NCBI GenBank assembly: GCA_900538705.1
Contig: UPZG01000006.1
Coordinates: 22,865-86,864 of the forward strand
DNA from: an uncultured Porphyromonadaceae bacterium
GTDB lineage: Bacteria; Bacteroidota; Bacteroidia; Bacteroidales; Barnesiellaceae_A
Direction: 5' to 3'
Length of the DNA: 64,000 bases
Made by a program: the position numbers and the translations under genes. Shown in pieces: positions 47,508 through 56,679 of this stretch (position 1 is its first letter; every line of letters begins with the position of its first letter). A model generated the notes under the pieces. The model did not search any database, was not told the DNA's origin, and saw only the letters and a list, made by a program, of their open reading frames with translations.

Positions 47508-48587
47508 CTATTTTTCTACGCTGAATGCAAATGTGGTGCGGCTTGTAAAAGTTTCGCCTTTACGCAAGATTGTAGTAGGATATTGCGGATGGTTAGGCGA
47601 GTCGGGGTAGTGTTGTGTCTCTAAACAGAATGCCGATTGAGAGGGATAGAATAATCCTTTCTTCCCTTCTGACTTGGCTGCGAGCCAGTTGGCTGTGTAT
47701 AACTGTATACCCGGTTCGGTAGTATATACGGTCATGACAATGCCTGTACGAGGTGATGAGCAACGTGCAGCCTCGGCATATATGCCGTTACCTTTGTCGA
47801 GTACGTAGCAGTGGTCATATCCACGACCGAAAATGAGTTGCTCGAAGTTTTCATTTATGCGTTCGCCTATAGTATGTGGCGTAGTAAAGTCCATGGGCGT
47901 TTCAGCTACAGGCACGGGGTCTCCATAAGGTATTGAGGTTTCGTCGGCAGGAAGATATTTCGAGGCATGTATTGTGAGCACATGGTCGTGTACGGTTGGT
48001 ATTCCTGCTCCTGAGAGATTGAAGAAAGCGTGGTTTGTCAGGTTTAACACAGTGTCCTTGTCGGTAGTGGCTTGGTATATAAGTTCTACCTCGTTATTAT
48101 CGGTTAGGTGATAGGTGACCGAGACGTGCAGGGTACCGGGAAAGCCTTCTTCGCCATCGGGCGACGTATATTGTAATTTGAGGGTTTGCTCATCGGGTTG
48201 CTCGGCATCCCATATTTTTGAGTTAAATCCTTTAACCCCACCGTGCAGGTTGTTGGGCCCGTTATTGATGGCAAGTTTGTCATATACAACACCATCAATT
48301 TCAAAACGGCCGCGTGCTATGCGGTTGGCATAGCGACCACATACGGCACCGAAATAGGGCTCTTCGGTTGTAAGGTAATCGGCAATAGAAGAGTGCCCCG
48401 TAACGACATCGGTCATTACTCCGTTACGGTCGGGTACTAAAAGCGAAACGATGCGGGCACCATAGTTACAAATGGTCAGCTCGCATCCGTTATGATTGGT
48501 CAGTGTATACAGACGGGATTCTTTTCCGTCGATAGTAGTACGGAAATTTTTATCATCCAATCCCGACAGAGTCAGTTTATTAGACAT
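47508..48587 (-). CDS. galM: aldose 1-epimerase (galactose mutarotase)
   Basis: 359 aa. NGPNNLHGG, LTNHAFFNL and FCLETQHYPDSPN match the mutarotase pattern. Confidence 0.92.
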   Translation of the reverse strand: MSNKLTLSGLDDKNFRTTIDGKESRLYTLTNHNGCELTICNYGARIVSLLVPDRNGVMTDVVTGHSSIADYLTTEEPYFGAVCGRYANRIARGRFEIDGVVYDKLAINNGPNNLHGGVKGFNSKIWDAEQPDEQTLKLQYTSPDGEEGFPGTLHVSVTYHLTDNNEVELIYQATTDKDTVLNLTNHAFFNLSGAGIPTVHDHVLTIHASKYLPADETSIPYGDPVPVAETPMDFTTPHTIGERINENFEQLIFGRGYDHCYVLDKGNGIYAEAARCSSPRTGIVMTVYTTEPGIQLYTANWLAAKSEGKKGLFYPSQSAFCLETQHYPDSPNHPQYPTTILRKGETFTSRTTFAFSVEK

Positions 48588-48654
48588 GCGTGTATTAGAT
48601 TTTACAGATTAACCTTATTAATTCCTATTGAAGGGCATTGCCCTAATTGTGCCC

Positions 48655-48662
48655 CAAAGTTA
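48655..48662 (-). promoter_or_regulatory. -7 promoter box TAacTTTG for the galM-galK-NTase-transporter operon
   Basis: The plus strand reads caaagtta. It lies 68 nt upstream of the ATG at 48587. Confidence 0.4.
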
Positions 48663-48869
48663 ACTAAAAATACCCTATACTTATATGGTTTTTGTTGCAT
48701 AAAATGTTAAAACGTGTCATTTCTTTATGAGATGGCTTTTAGCCTTGTTGCGTCGTGCATTTTTCTCTTTACAGGGAGTATGATAACAGGAAATTTATAA
48801 CGATGAGATATATCAATGGGGGCTCGTCTGATTGACAACCGTAGCTGGGGCAATAGCTTTTTGAAACAA

Positions 48870-48897
48870 CAAGCGCGACTCTCCCGAGCCGCGCTTG
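48870..48897 (-). terminator. hairpin terminator of the T9SS cargo gene
   Basis: Arms CAAGCGCG and CGCGCTTG are followed by a T-rich run on the minus strand. Confidence 0.5.
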
Positions 48898-48940
48898 TGT
48901 TTGAAAGTGATAGTTATAAAAGTGGTATTATTTTGAGAAA

Positions 48941-51157
48941 TTATTTTTTCACGAATTTGAGGATGTTACGGTTGCCAGCCTTGTCGTATGCTGTGGCAAT
49001 GTATATGCCGGTGGGCAAGGAGGCAATATCTACTACCTGCATGTTGCGTGACGATGCAACTTTGCGGCCGTTCAGGTCGTAGACGTTGATAGCGACTGTT
49101 TCGCCATAGCAGATAAGAGCTGTGCGAGTGAGGTAGAAGTCTATCTCGGTCGTTTTTACGTCAGTAACATTGTCGTAGCCGTTGAGGTATTCATACCCGC
49201 TTATGTATAAATCGGTGATGTGCATATCGCCCGTACCAATGTTGGTGATGCGTATCTCAACAGGGTCTTTGCTCTTCATAGCCATGGCGGCGATGTCTAC
49301 GGTATAAGAACCTTTCTTATACTCGGCATTTTGTTCGTTCCATGACGTTTCGCCTACGGCGCGGCTCTCTACTTTGAGAGTACGTCCACCGGTGATGTAC
49401 ATACGCATCTGGAAAGCATGGAGGCTGGGAACCGTAAATTCGGCAGTGCCGTTTTTCGATATGGCGAGTGCCCCGGTTGTACAGCCGGTATATGCAACGG
49501 TACCGTTGCCGGCATATTCGGGTTTTACACTCCATGTGCCGCCGGTAATGAGAGCGGCAATAGAATCGGGCAAGACAGCATCTTGAAATGGATACCAATT
49601 GCTAAGGATTTTCTCGCTGTAAACGATATTGCCGTTTTCGTCTTTGAAGTCGGCATATGGGTCGTCGGGTTCTTCATCATCTACACTGCCATCATTCTCA
49701 GGATATACGAGAGTGTATTCGTTATTGTCTATGCCATATTCAAAAGCGCCCATATCGGCCGTAGAGCCATTGTATTGAAGAGTTATCGTACGACCATACT
49801 CGGGGTTTTTAATGTCGGCAGCATCGTATTTGTCAATGATTACGCCTGCGTCGATGAAGTCTGAGCCTTCTTTGAGACGTCCGAACTTAAGTGGTAGTGA
49901 GCCGTCGGCTTGACGTGCTGCGAGGGCATCTTCGTATGTAAGGCTTACAAATTGGTTCGAACGGTCAGTTGTACTCTTGCTGTAGCCGGTTTCTCCGGTA
50001 TAAGGGTCACTTCCATCGCGGTCGTTGTAGGGACTGCAATGGTCGAGCGTGGTCCAGCTGCAATATTGTATGTCGGCACGTGGCTCTGATGGAGAGTCTT
50101 TGTAATTGAATTGGTGATTGCGTTCTTCTCCTGCAAAGCCTATACAGTTGCGCAGTACCCAGTTGCCATATTCGGGAATGGCATTGTTGAAACCATAGTT
50201 GATACCGTTGCGTACCGATACACAGTTGAAAAGGTATGTACCTTCGTTGTGATTATTTTGGTCGAAACCTTTGCTTGCATTGTCGGCAGAGATACAACGA
50301 GTGAAAATATGCGCACCGAAAGAAGTCTTCTTATCATTGCTGCCACCCATTTTGAATCCGTTGCCATTACCTTTGTTATAACCGTTGTTCAATGTCCAGC
50401 AGTTGTCTACTACGATGGGATATACCGTGTAGTAGAAGTCCCATCCGTCGTCGCTGTTGTACCATGAGCGGCATCCATGAAATTCGTTGCCCGGGCCTGG
50501 GAATAGTTTCACGGCAAAACCATCGGCATCGCCACCGTTGCTCCATACGTCGCAATTGTTGTAGCTGTCGCAATTGAGTACGATATTGTATCGGCCGTAC
50601 TTAAACTCGGGGTTGCGGGTATTCTCGCCATTGTCACCCTTGCCAAAACCTTGTTGCAAGCCGGTGTCGCCATTATCATGAAAGACACACTCTTCTACGA
50701 CGCAGAAACTACCTTCGAGCTTGAGGGCATTGTCGGGAGCATTACAAAATTCTATGCCACGATAGTGCCAGTAGTTGGCTCCTATTTGGTGCATAATGCC
50801 TCGGTTGTTTTTTGCTACGTCTTCTTCTTCGCGTTCGAGACGGCAGAAATCAAATACAGGTTTCTCGCCTTCGACAGCAAAGAGGCATATACGTGCATCT
50901 TTTGTGCCTGTTTGTTTTATATTGATGGTAGCATCGGGTTCATAAGTACCTCCGTGTACCCATATGGTGTCGCCCGGCATGACAATGGTTAGCGCTTTGG
51001 TAAGCGTTGCAAAAGGTTGTGTCTCTGTTGTACCGGTATTGTTATCGTCACCATCGGTAGCAAGGTAAAGTTGACGTGCTTCGGTAGTGAAGCAGGTAAA
51101 TAATGACGTTAAAATGCACAATGTGAGTGCTTTCGCTACAAGAGTAGAATTTTTCAT
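48941..51157 (-). CDS. right-handed parallel beta-helix (pectate-lyase-like) protein with a T9SS C-terminal sorting domain
   Basis: The maximal ORF starts at a TTG (51184). The ATG at 51157 gives a signal peptide and lies 25 nt below a TAacTTTG box. LYLATDGDDNNTGTTETQPFATLTKALTIVMPGDTIWVHGGTY is typical of beta-helix lyases. The last ~70 aa (VAINVYDLNGRKVASS...LPTGIYIATAYDKAGNRNILKFVKK) look like a type A T9SS CTD. Confidence 0.75.
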   Translation of the reverse strand: MKNSTLVAKALTLCILTSLFTCFTTEARQLYLATDGDDNNTGTTETQPFATLTKALTIVMPGDTIWVHGGTYEPDATINIKQTGTKDARICLFAVEGEKPVFDFCRLEREEEDVAKNNRGIMHQIGANYWHYRGIEFCNAPDNALKLEGSFCVVEECVFHDNGDTGLQQGFGKGDNGENTRNPEFKYGRYNIVLNCDSYNNCDVWSNGGDADGFAVKLFPGPGNEFHGCRSWYNSDDGWDFYYTVYPIVVDNCWTLNNGYNKGNGNGFKMGGSNDKKTSFGAHIFTRCISADNASKGFDQNNHNEGTYLFNCVSVRNGINYGFNNAIPEYGNWVLRNCIGFAGEERNHQFNYKDSPSEPRADIQYCSWTTLDHCSPYNDRDGSDPYTGETGYSKSTTDRSNQFVSLTYEDALAARQADGSLPLKFGRLKEGSDFIDAGVIIDKYDAADIKNPEYGRTITLQYNGSTADMGAFEYGIDNNEYTLVYPENDGSVDDEEPDDPYADFKDENGNIVYSEKILSNWYPFQDAVLPDSIAALITGGTWSVKPEYAGNGTVAYTGCTTGALAISKNGTAEFTVPSLHAFQMRMYITGGRTLKVESRAVGETSWNEQNAEYKKGSYTVDIAAMAMKSKDPVEIRITNIGTGDMHITDLYISGYEYLNGYDNVTDVKTTEIDFYLTRTALICYGETVAINVYDLNGRKVASSRNMQVVDIASLPTGIYIATAYDKAGNRNILKFVKK

Positions 51158-51181
51158 GGTATATCTCTCCAAATATTTTTG

Positions 51182-51189
51182 CAAAGTTA
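51182..51189 (-). promoter_or_regulatory. -7 promoter box TAacTTTG for the T9SS cargo gene
   Basis: The plus strand reads caaagtta. It lies 25 nt upstream of the ATG at 51157. Confidence 0.4.
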
Positions 51190-51272
51190 ACCCATAGATT
51201 GCTAACTGTAGTTGTATTTTTAGCCCGTATGTATGTATTATTTGGTCATAAATGGAGAAAAGAAGATTATTT

Positions 51273-53297
51273 CTATTTTTTCTTCTTGTTTTCGCGTATT
51301 TCTTCGGCTATGCTCCAATGTTGTGCTGCCATATCAGCCATGTTGAGCTGCATGAAAGTGTCGCCCAAGCGCTCGTGCGCTGCTGCATGAAAGGGCTTTT
51401 GTGTCACGGCTTTGGCAAAGTCTGACAAGGCATCTTCGTAGTCTTTGCATTCGTATCGGAGTTTTCCGCGGTTATAAAGGGCTTTGAAGTTTAGAGGGCT
51501 GAGGCGTATGGCTTCGTTGAAACATTCCATTCCCTTGATGAGTTCTCCGCAATCGACCAAGGTGACACCTTTACGCACCCATGCATCTACGAGTGTGGGG
51601 TCGAGTGTAAGAGCTTTGTCGAAGTTGGCAAGTGCGGCACGGTAATCGCGGGCTTTTACAACGCATTCATTGCCCATTTCGTAATATTCCTGTGCATATT
51701 GCCGCAATATGGCGTTGCGCTTATATGAAGCTTCAAGCAGGTGGCGATTTTGCTCTTTTAGCTTCTTGATAATGCCCAATTTACGGCGTATATAGCGTCG
51801 TATGGCTGGCTTCTCTATATCGTAGCGTAAGTGTATGGCTTTAAAAAACTCATCGAGAAAGAGTTCGATGTCATCATTGTCAAAGGCTTCGACTGCGGCA
51901 TGATAGCGGCGGTCGGCTTCGGCTTGTTGCAACGCCAGTTTGATAAGAGTAGGATTGTTGAAGCTGTTACTGAAACGGACTATCTCGGGGTTGACAAAAA
52001 TCTCTTTGAGCGAGACGGGTTGGGTGAGTGTGATACCACTGAGCGATGTACAGCGGCTCAGCGCTACGTATGCTTGTCCCCCGGCAAAGGTACCACCCGT
52101 AAAGTCTATGGTGACGTGATTGAAGGTGAGACCTTGGCTTTTGTGTATGGTTATAGCCCATGCCAATTTTACGGGGTATTGCCTGTATATGCCCAATACT
52201 TTTTCCTCGATACGTTGCTCTTTTTCGTTGTATGAGTAGCGTATATTTTCCCATGTGGCAGGTTCTATAAAGCATTCGTCGCCGTTTTCAAGCAGTACAT
52301 TGATGCGTTGACCGTCGATGATTTCCGACACAATACCCAGTGAGCCGTTTACCCAGCGATGCTCGGTATCGTTTTTGATAAACATGATTTGTGCACCTAT
52401 TTTCAGCTCCAGTTTCTGGGGAGTAGGAAGGCTGCCATTGGGAAAGTCACCCGTTATCTCACCCTCAAAAGTGTAGGTTTCACCCTTAATTTTTTCCAGA
52501 TGGCTTTCGTTGATGGCATCGACATGGTCGCGACGTGTAGCAAGTGTGATAGCAAAGCTCTCTTCTTCGCCTGTGTTTATTGGAGGGCAGCAGCGGGTAT
52601 TGAGTATGGCAATCTCGTCGATGCCCGCCTTGTTACATCGTATTTTATCGAGCAGAGCGACAAATAAAGGGTCACTTTGCCGGTAAGTTTTGCGCAACTC
52701 TATGGGGACTAATGTCATCTCTTTGAATACTCGTGCCGAGAAAAAGAAGGGTGTGGGGTAGAACCGTGCCAGTATATCGCGCATATCGGCCGTAACAACA
52801 GGCTCGAGTTGATAAACGTCACCGACCAGAAGCAGTTGCTTGCCTCCAAAAGGATCGCGCATATTGCCCGAAAATACCCGTAGCACACGATCTATGAAGT
52901 CTATCATATCGGCACGAACCATCGAGATTTCATCTATGATGATGAGCTCCACTTCTTTGAGCATCTTACGTTGCAGTTTGCTATATTTTAGCATCTCGTA
53001 GATGCGGCTACCTTTGAGACTCAAATCGGGGTCGTCGGGGAGGATAGGTCTAAACGGCATTTTGAAGAATGAGTGTATGGTGCTTCCCCCGGCATTGATG
53101 GCTGCAATACCGGTGGGGGCAAGAACGACATAACGTTTGCGTATGTTGTCGCATATGTAGCGTAAGAAGGTCGATTTGCCTGTCCCGGCTTTCCCGGTGA
53201 GAAATACCGATTGGTGTGTGTATTTCAGCAGTGCATAGGCATCCTGAAACTCGCGGTTGTCTATGTCGATAGATGAAGTCTTCGTGTTGTTATTCAT
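51273..53297 (-). CDS. Pif1/RecD-like SF1 helicase fused to a C-terminal TPR array
   Basis: The maximal ORF starts at a TTG (53303); an ATG lies at 53297. Walker A GKAGTGKST, IIIDEISMV, GDVYQLEPV and ITIHKSQGLTF are present. The last ~170 aa contain TPR-like repeats (ALANFDKALTLDP..., ECFNEAIRLSP..., ALSDFAKAVTQKP...). Confidence 0.8.
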   Translation of the reverse strand: MNNNTKTSSIDIDNREFQDAYALLKYTHQSVFLTGKAGTGKSTFLRYICDNIRKRYVVLAPTGIAAINAGGSTIHSFFKMPFRPILPDDPDLSLKGSRIYEMLKYSKLQRKMLKEVELIIIDEISMVRADMIDFIDRVLRVFSGNMRDPFGGKQLLLVGDVYQLEPVVTADMRDILARFYPTPFFFSARVFKEMTLVPIELRKTYRQSDPLFVALLDKIRCNKAGIDEIAILNTRCCPPINTGEEESFAITLATRRDHVDAINESHLEKIKGETYTFEGEITGDFPNGSLPTPQKLELKIGAQIMFIKNDTEHRWVNGSLGIVSEIIDGQRINVLLENGDECFIEPATWENIRYSYNEKEQRIEEKVLGIYRQYPVKLAWAITIHKSQGLTFNHVTIDFTGGTFAGGQAYVALSRCTSLSGITLTQPVSLKEIFVNPEIVRFSNSFNNPTLIKLALQQAEADRRYHAAVEAFDNDDIELFLDEFFKAIHLRYDIEKPAIRRYIRRKLGIIKKLKEQNRHLLEASYKRNAILRQYAQEYYEMGNECVVKARDYRAALANFDKALTLDPTLVDAWVRKGVTLVDCGELIKGMECFNEAIRLSPLNFKALYNRGKLRYECKDYEDALSDFAKAVTQKPFHAAAHERLGDTFMQLNMADMAAQHWSIAEEIRENKKKK

Positions 53298-53513
53298 ACA
53301 CAAATTGTAGAGGTATGTGGCTATACATTTGCCGATACGAAATTACGCTTTTTCGGGTAAAGCTGGTTACTTGGGGTCTGAAAACTTATGTGTATTGATG
53401 GCAGTACCGCTTTTGAGTATGATTTACTGTGCATGGTAGTCGGTGAGACCTCTTACGTGCATATATCTTTGTGAAGATGCTTATATAAGATATGTGCCGG
53501 TTTCTTATCCAAT

Positions 53514-53554
53514 AGAAAAGAGCCATGGCAGACTGTTTGCTATGGCTCTTTTCT
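53514..53554 (-). terminator. hairpin terminator of the low-complexity-protein/barrel operon
   Basis: Arms AGAAAAGAGCCAT and ATGGCTCTTTTCT (13 bp), about 70 nt beyond the stop at 53626. Confidence 0.55.
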
Positions 53555-53625
53555 GATTGTCGGTTAAATTTATAACTTTCAGAGTATCATTTTGGCTTTA
53601 ACATATCTGTGTGCAGGATATATTG

Positions 53626-55230
53626 TCAGAATTTATACCCTATGGTTAGTTTCACAGAGTTGTATCGCATATCCATTACACCCGACAAGGGAGTAGGATC
53701 GTTTCCAAGTGGTGTGAAAGGGTATATGTCATATTCTTGTATACGGTGAACGTAAGCCAAGTCGAGAGTTATATTGTTGACGCGATAGCCTAAGCCACAA
53801 CTGATATTGTGTGCATCGTGTGGCAGATAATAGGTGGTGAGGGTACCTTCGACAATCTCAGGCGTAATAATATGATCGAGAATCAAGTTATTGAGTTGCG
53901 CTCCTTCGTAAGCATATCCGGCACGTAGGCTCAGCATGGGTAATATACGTACTTCACCTCCTACGCGTACAGTACTCATTCCTGCCATATAGCTGTTTAT
54001 GTTGGTATTTGTGACAGTATAGTCGAGACTGTTATTACCACCGTAACTCATATTTTTGGCATTTGAGTATTCGTAATCGACACTCAGTAAGCCTACTTTG
54101 CCCAATATAGCGGCAACGCTACCTATAATGCGCCATGGAGAGTGATACTCGTATGTAGAAATACCGACGTCGGTATAGTTGTTGTCGGTAGTCCCGTGAT
54201 GAGAGCCAACATTATAGTCGGTTCCTGCCCAATATGTATCGCTCAGACGATAGTAGGTGGGAGAATGATAGGCAAATCCTACGCGCAGGAATGAAGCAGG
54301 ACGGAAGATGACTCCTAATTTTACGCCGAAGCCGTAACCGTTGGTGCGTAGCGTGTTTGCCAAGTCGTAGTCGGCATTGACCGTTTCGCGAGATATGTTG
54401 CCTTGTGCATCTTCCTCGAAGAGGAGTGCGTTTTGTAATGTTTCACCGTATATGCTTTCTATGCGATAATCTATATTGGTAAGTCCTAAAGTGAGTCCCC
54501 AATAGAGCATGTCGCTTATGTTTCCACTCACGTTGATGTCATACTCGTCGATGCTTCCACTTGTAATATTATGTAGGCTGGCGTTACCCGTTGTATTGTT
54601 CAATGGAGAGTATATACTTTCGTATTGCATGGCACTTGCGCCACCAAGCGAGTTTGTGAGGAAAGCGTTGTATCCCAAGATGGAAAGCCACGGTATCCTT
54701 GAATCACTGTAAGGGTTGTAGTTCGAGTTGCCTATCATATCGTTGGGTAATACACCGGCTGCTGTTGTTTGTTGGGCTATGAGTTGTGTCAGCGATGATC
54801 CTATATTGGTCCAGTTGGCACTATAGTCGTTGTTGAAGTTGGCAACATTGTTATATGCAAACCCGAAGTTCAGTGTTCGCAAAGCACTGTTACGGAAGCG
54901 GATAGTTCCTACAAAGCCCAAATTATCGCCCGAAAAAAAGAACCCTGAGTTTTTATTGGTGTTGGAACTCGTTTTGGTAGAGTTGTTGTAAAAATTCAGT
55001 CCTCCGGTTACCGTAATTTCCGAGCTGCGATATATGCCCAGTCCGGCGGGATTTTGCCTGATGGTACTTATATCGCCACCCAATGCGCCGAAAGCGCCTC
55101 CCATTGCTGTGTAACGAGCTGTTCCTTTCAATTGGCTGGTAGTCATAGGTAGAGCGTCTAAAGCTCCTTGACCCAAGCATGAGAGGCTACTTGCTATTAA
55201 TAACGATGTTATGATGATAGGTTGTTTCAT
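53626..55230 (-). CDS. outer-membrane beta-barrel protein, FadL/PorV-like
   Basis: 534 aa with a signal peptide. The N-terminal GTARYTAMGGAFGALGGDISTIRQNPAGLG matches the FadL-type N-terminal motif. The rest has an alternating aromatic beta-strand pattern and ends with a C-terminal Phe. Confidence 0.7.
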   Translation of the reverse strand: MKQPIIITSLLIASSLSCLGQGALDALPMTTSQLKGTARYTAMGGAFGALGGDISTIRQNPAGLGIYRSSEITVTGGLNFYNNSTKTSSNTNKNSGFFFSGDNLGFVGTIRFRNSALRTLNFGFAYNNVANFNNDYSANWTNIGSSLTQLIAQQTTAAGVLPNDMIGNSNYNPYSDSRIPWLSILGYNAFLTNSLGGASAMQYESIYSPLNNTTGNASLHNITSGSIDEYDINVSGNISDMLYWGLTLGLTNIDYRIESIYGETLQNALLFEEDAQGNISRETVNADYDLANTLRTNGYGFGVKLGVIFRPASFLRVGFAYHSPTYYRLSDTYWAGTDYNVGSHHGTTDNNYTDVGISTYEYHSPWRIIGSVAAILGKVGLLSVDYEYSNAKNMSYGGNNSLDYTVTNTNINSYMAGMSTVRVGGEVRILPMLSLRAGYAYEGAQLNNLILDHIITPEIVEGTLTTYYLPHDAHNISCGLGYRVNNITLDLAYVHRIQEYDIYPFTPLGNDPTPLSGVMDMRYNSVKLTIGYKF

Positions 55231-55263
55231 TTTTATATTAGGTTATAGGTAGTATCTGTTGTT

Positions 55264-56679
55264 TTATCTACGGCCGCGACTGCCTCCCGAGCTACGTCCT
55301 GAGCTCATGCTGCTACTGCGAGAGCCACTATAGCTGCCTCGTGAACTGCCTACTGAACTACGGGATGAGTTCCCGCGCGAGGGCGAGTAGCTATTGCGTG
55401 TTGTGCTACTCGGGGTCGTGTAGTTCCTTCTTGATGTTGAAGATGGACGGCTTACCGATGTGCCTTGTGTATTGATAGTGGTACGACCTGTAGTGCTACT
55501 TCCTCGTAATGAGGTATTGCCCGTGGTACTTATCGAAGTGGAGGGTCGGCGGTTGGTAACAGTTTCGCGGGAAGAGGTCCCTGTCGAGTTCGTACCTGTT
55601 ACACCTCGACGTCCGCTGTTGATTGTGCTGATGTTTGCATCGCTTGTGCCACGGCGTCCGCTATTGCTGTTGATGGTAGTAGCATTTCTTCGTCCTGCCG
55701 ACTCAATGTTGTTACGGTCGCTTGTTGACGAAGAATAGCGTTGTCCGCGAGTACCACTCCCTGACGATGAGCCGGTGGTAGTACCTTCTCTTCGTGAAGA
55801 GAGGCTGTTGCCTCTTGCTCCGGCAGTGTAGGTACCTCCATACCGGTTGTTGCTGCTACTGGGGCGTGCAGGAGCGTCGTTTCTCCACTGACGAGGTCCT
55901 CGGCCGTTAGCCGTATAGTACCAGTCATTGTGCCATCCGTAGTGTGGGTGATTCCAACCATAATATGGGTATCCCCAACCGTAATATCCATAGTAAGGAT
56001 ATCCCCATCCATAGCTGTAATACCATGGATCGTAGAAGCCCCATGAAGTCCATCCATAGTTCCATCGCCAAGCCCAGCTTGAATAGGAGTAGGGTGCCCA
56101 CATATAGTTCCAATACCAAGGATTGGTCCATGTGGGGGTTACCCATGCATAATTCCCGTCTATATATACGTTCCAGTCATTGCTGTCGAGGAAATATATA
56201 TTGGTGTAAGCCGGGTCGCCTATGCTGATGGCGTAGCGCGGATCGTAAAAACGGTGTATACGTATGGTGTATTCGTAGTCGTTGAGCGAACCGTTGAAGT
56301 CGTTGAGGTAGTAGCCCTCTTCTGGTTGTATGTATACCGTATCACCGGGGGCTACTTCATCGCTATAATAGGTGAATGTGGTACCCGTTGTAGTGCCGTC
56401 TGTGGCATCTGTATAGGTATTTGCTTCGTCGTTATACGAGCCTCTGCGGTTATATTCGTCAACATCTCTTTCGAGAGATGTCGTATTTGTTGCTGTAGCA
56501 GTGGTTGCTGCGGCAGCAGCCTCAGCTTCCTTTTCTTTCTTTTTCTGTTCTATTACCGGGTTTTCCTCTCCTGGGGTATAATATATGTCATCTTCTATGT
56601 AGTAGCTTTGAGCCATAGAAGGAGATAACATGCTTGCCCCTAAAATGGTTAACGCGATGATAATACTTCCCTTTTTCAT
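55264..56679 (-). CDS. secreted low-complexity protein with a Trp/Tyr/Gly block and a Ser/Thr/Arg/Gly-rich tail
   Basis: 471-aa ORF with an ATG start and signal peptide MKKGSIIIALTILGASMLSPSMAQ. It ends 33 nt upstream of the barrel gene on the same strand. Its composition is extreme, so the coding call rests on the signal peptide, ORF length and operon geometry. Confidence 0.6.
   Translation of the reverse strand: MKKGSIIIALTILGASMLSPSMAQSYYIEDDIYYTPGEENPVIEQKKKEKEAEAAAAATTATATNTTSLERDVDEYNRRGSYNDEANTYTDATDGTTTGTTFTYYSDEVAPGDTVYIQPEEGYYLNDFNGSLNDYEYTIRIHRFYDPRYAISIGDPAYTNIYFLDSNDWNVYIDGNYAWVTPTWTNPWYWNYMWAPYSYSSWAWRWNYGWTSWGFYDPWYYSYGWGYPYYGYYGWGYPYYGWNHPHYGWHNDWYYTANGRGPRQWRNDAPARPSSSNNRYGGTYTAGARGNSLSSRREGTTTGSSSGSGTRGQRYSSSTSDRNNIESAGRRNATTINSNSGRRGTSDANISTINSGRRGVTGTNSTGTSSRETVTNRRPSTSISTTGNTSLRGSSTTGRTTINTQGTSVSRPSSTSRRNYTTPSSTTRNSYSPSRGNSSRSSVGSSRGSYSGSRSSSMSSGRSSGGSRGRR

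Noticed and set aside
55460-56628. Three plus-strand ORFs (92, 94 and 124 aa) inside the low-complexity gene.
   Set aside because: They are mirror images of a compositionally extreme coding region, have no signal or start context, and are Val/Arg/Pro- or Cys/Phe-rich nonsense. The minus-strand ORF has the signal peptide and the operon geometry.
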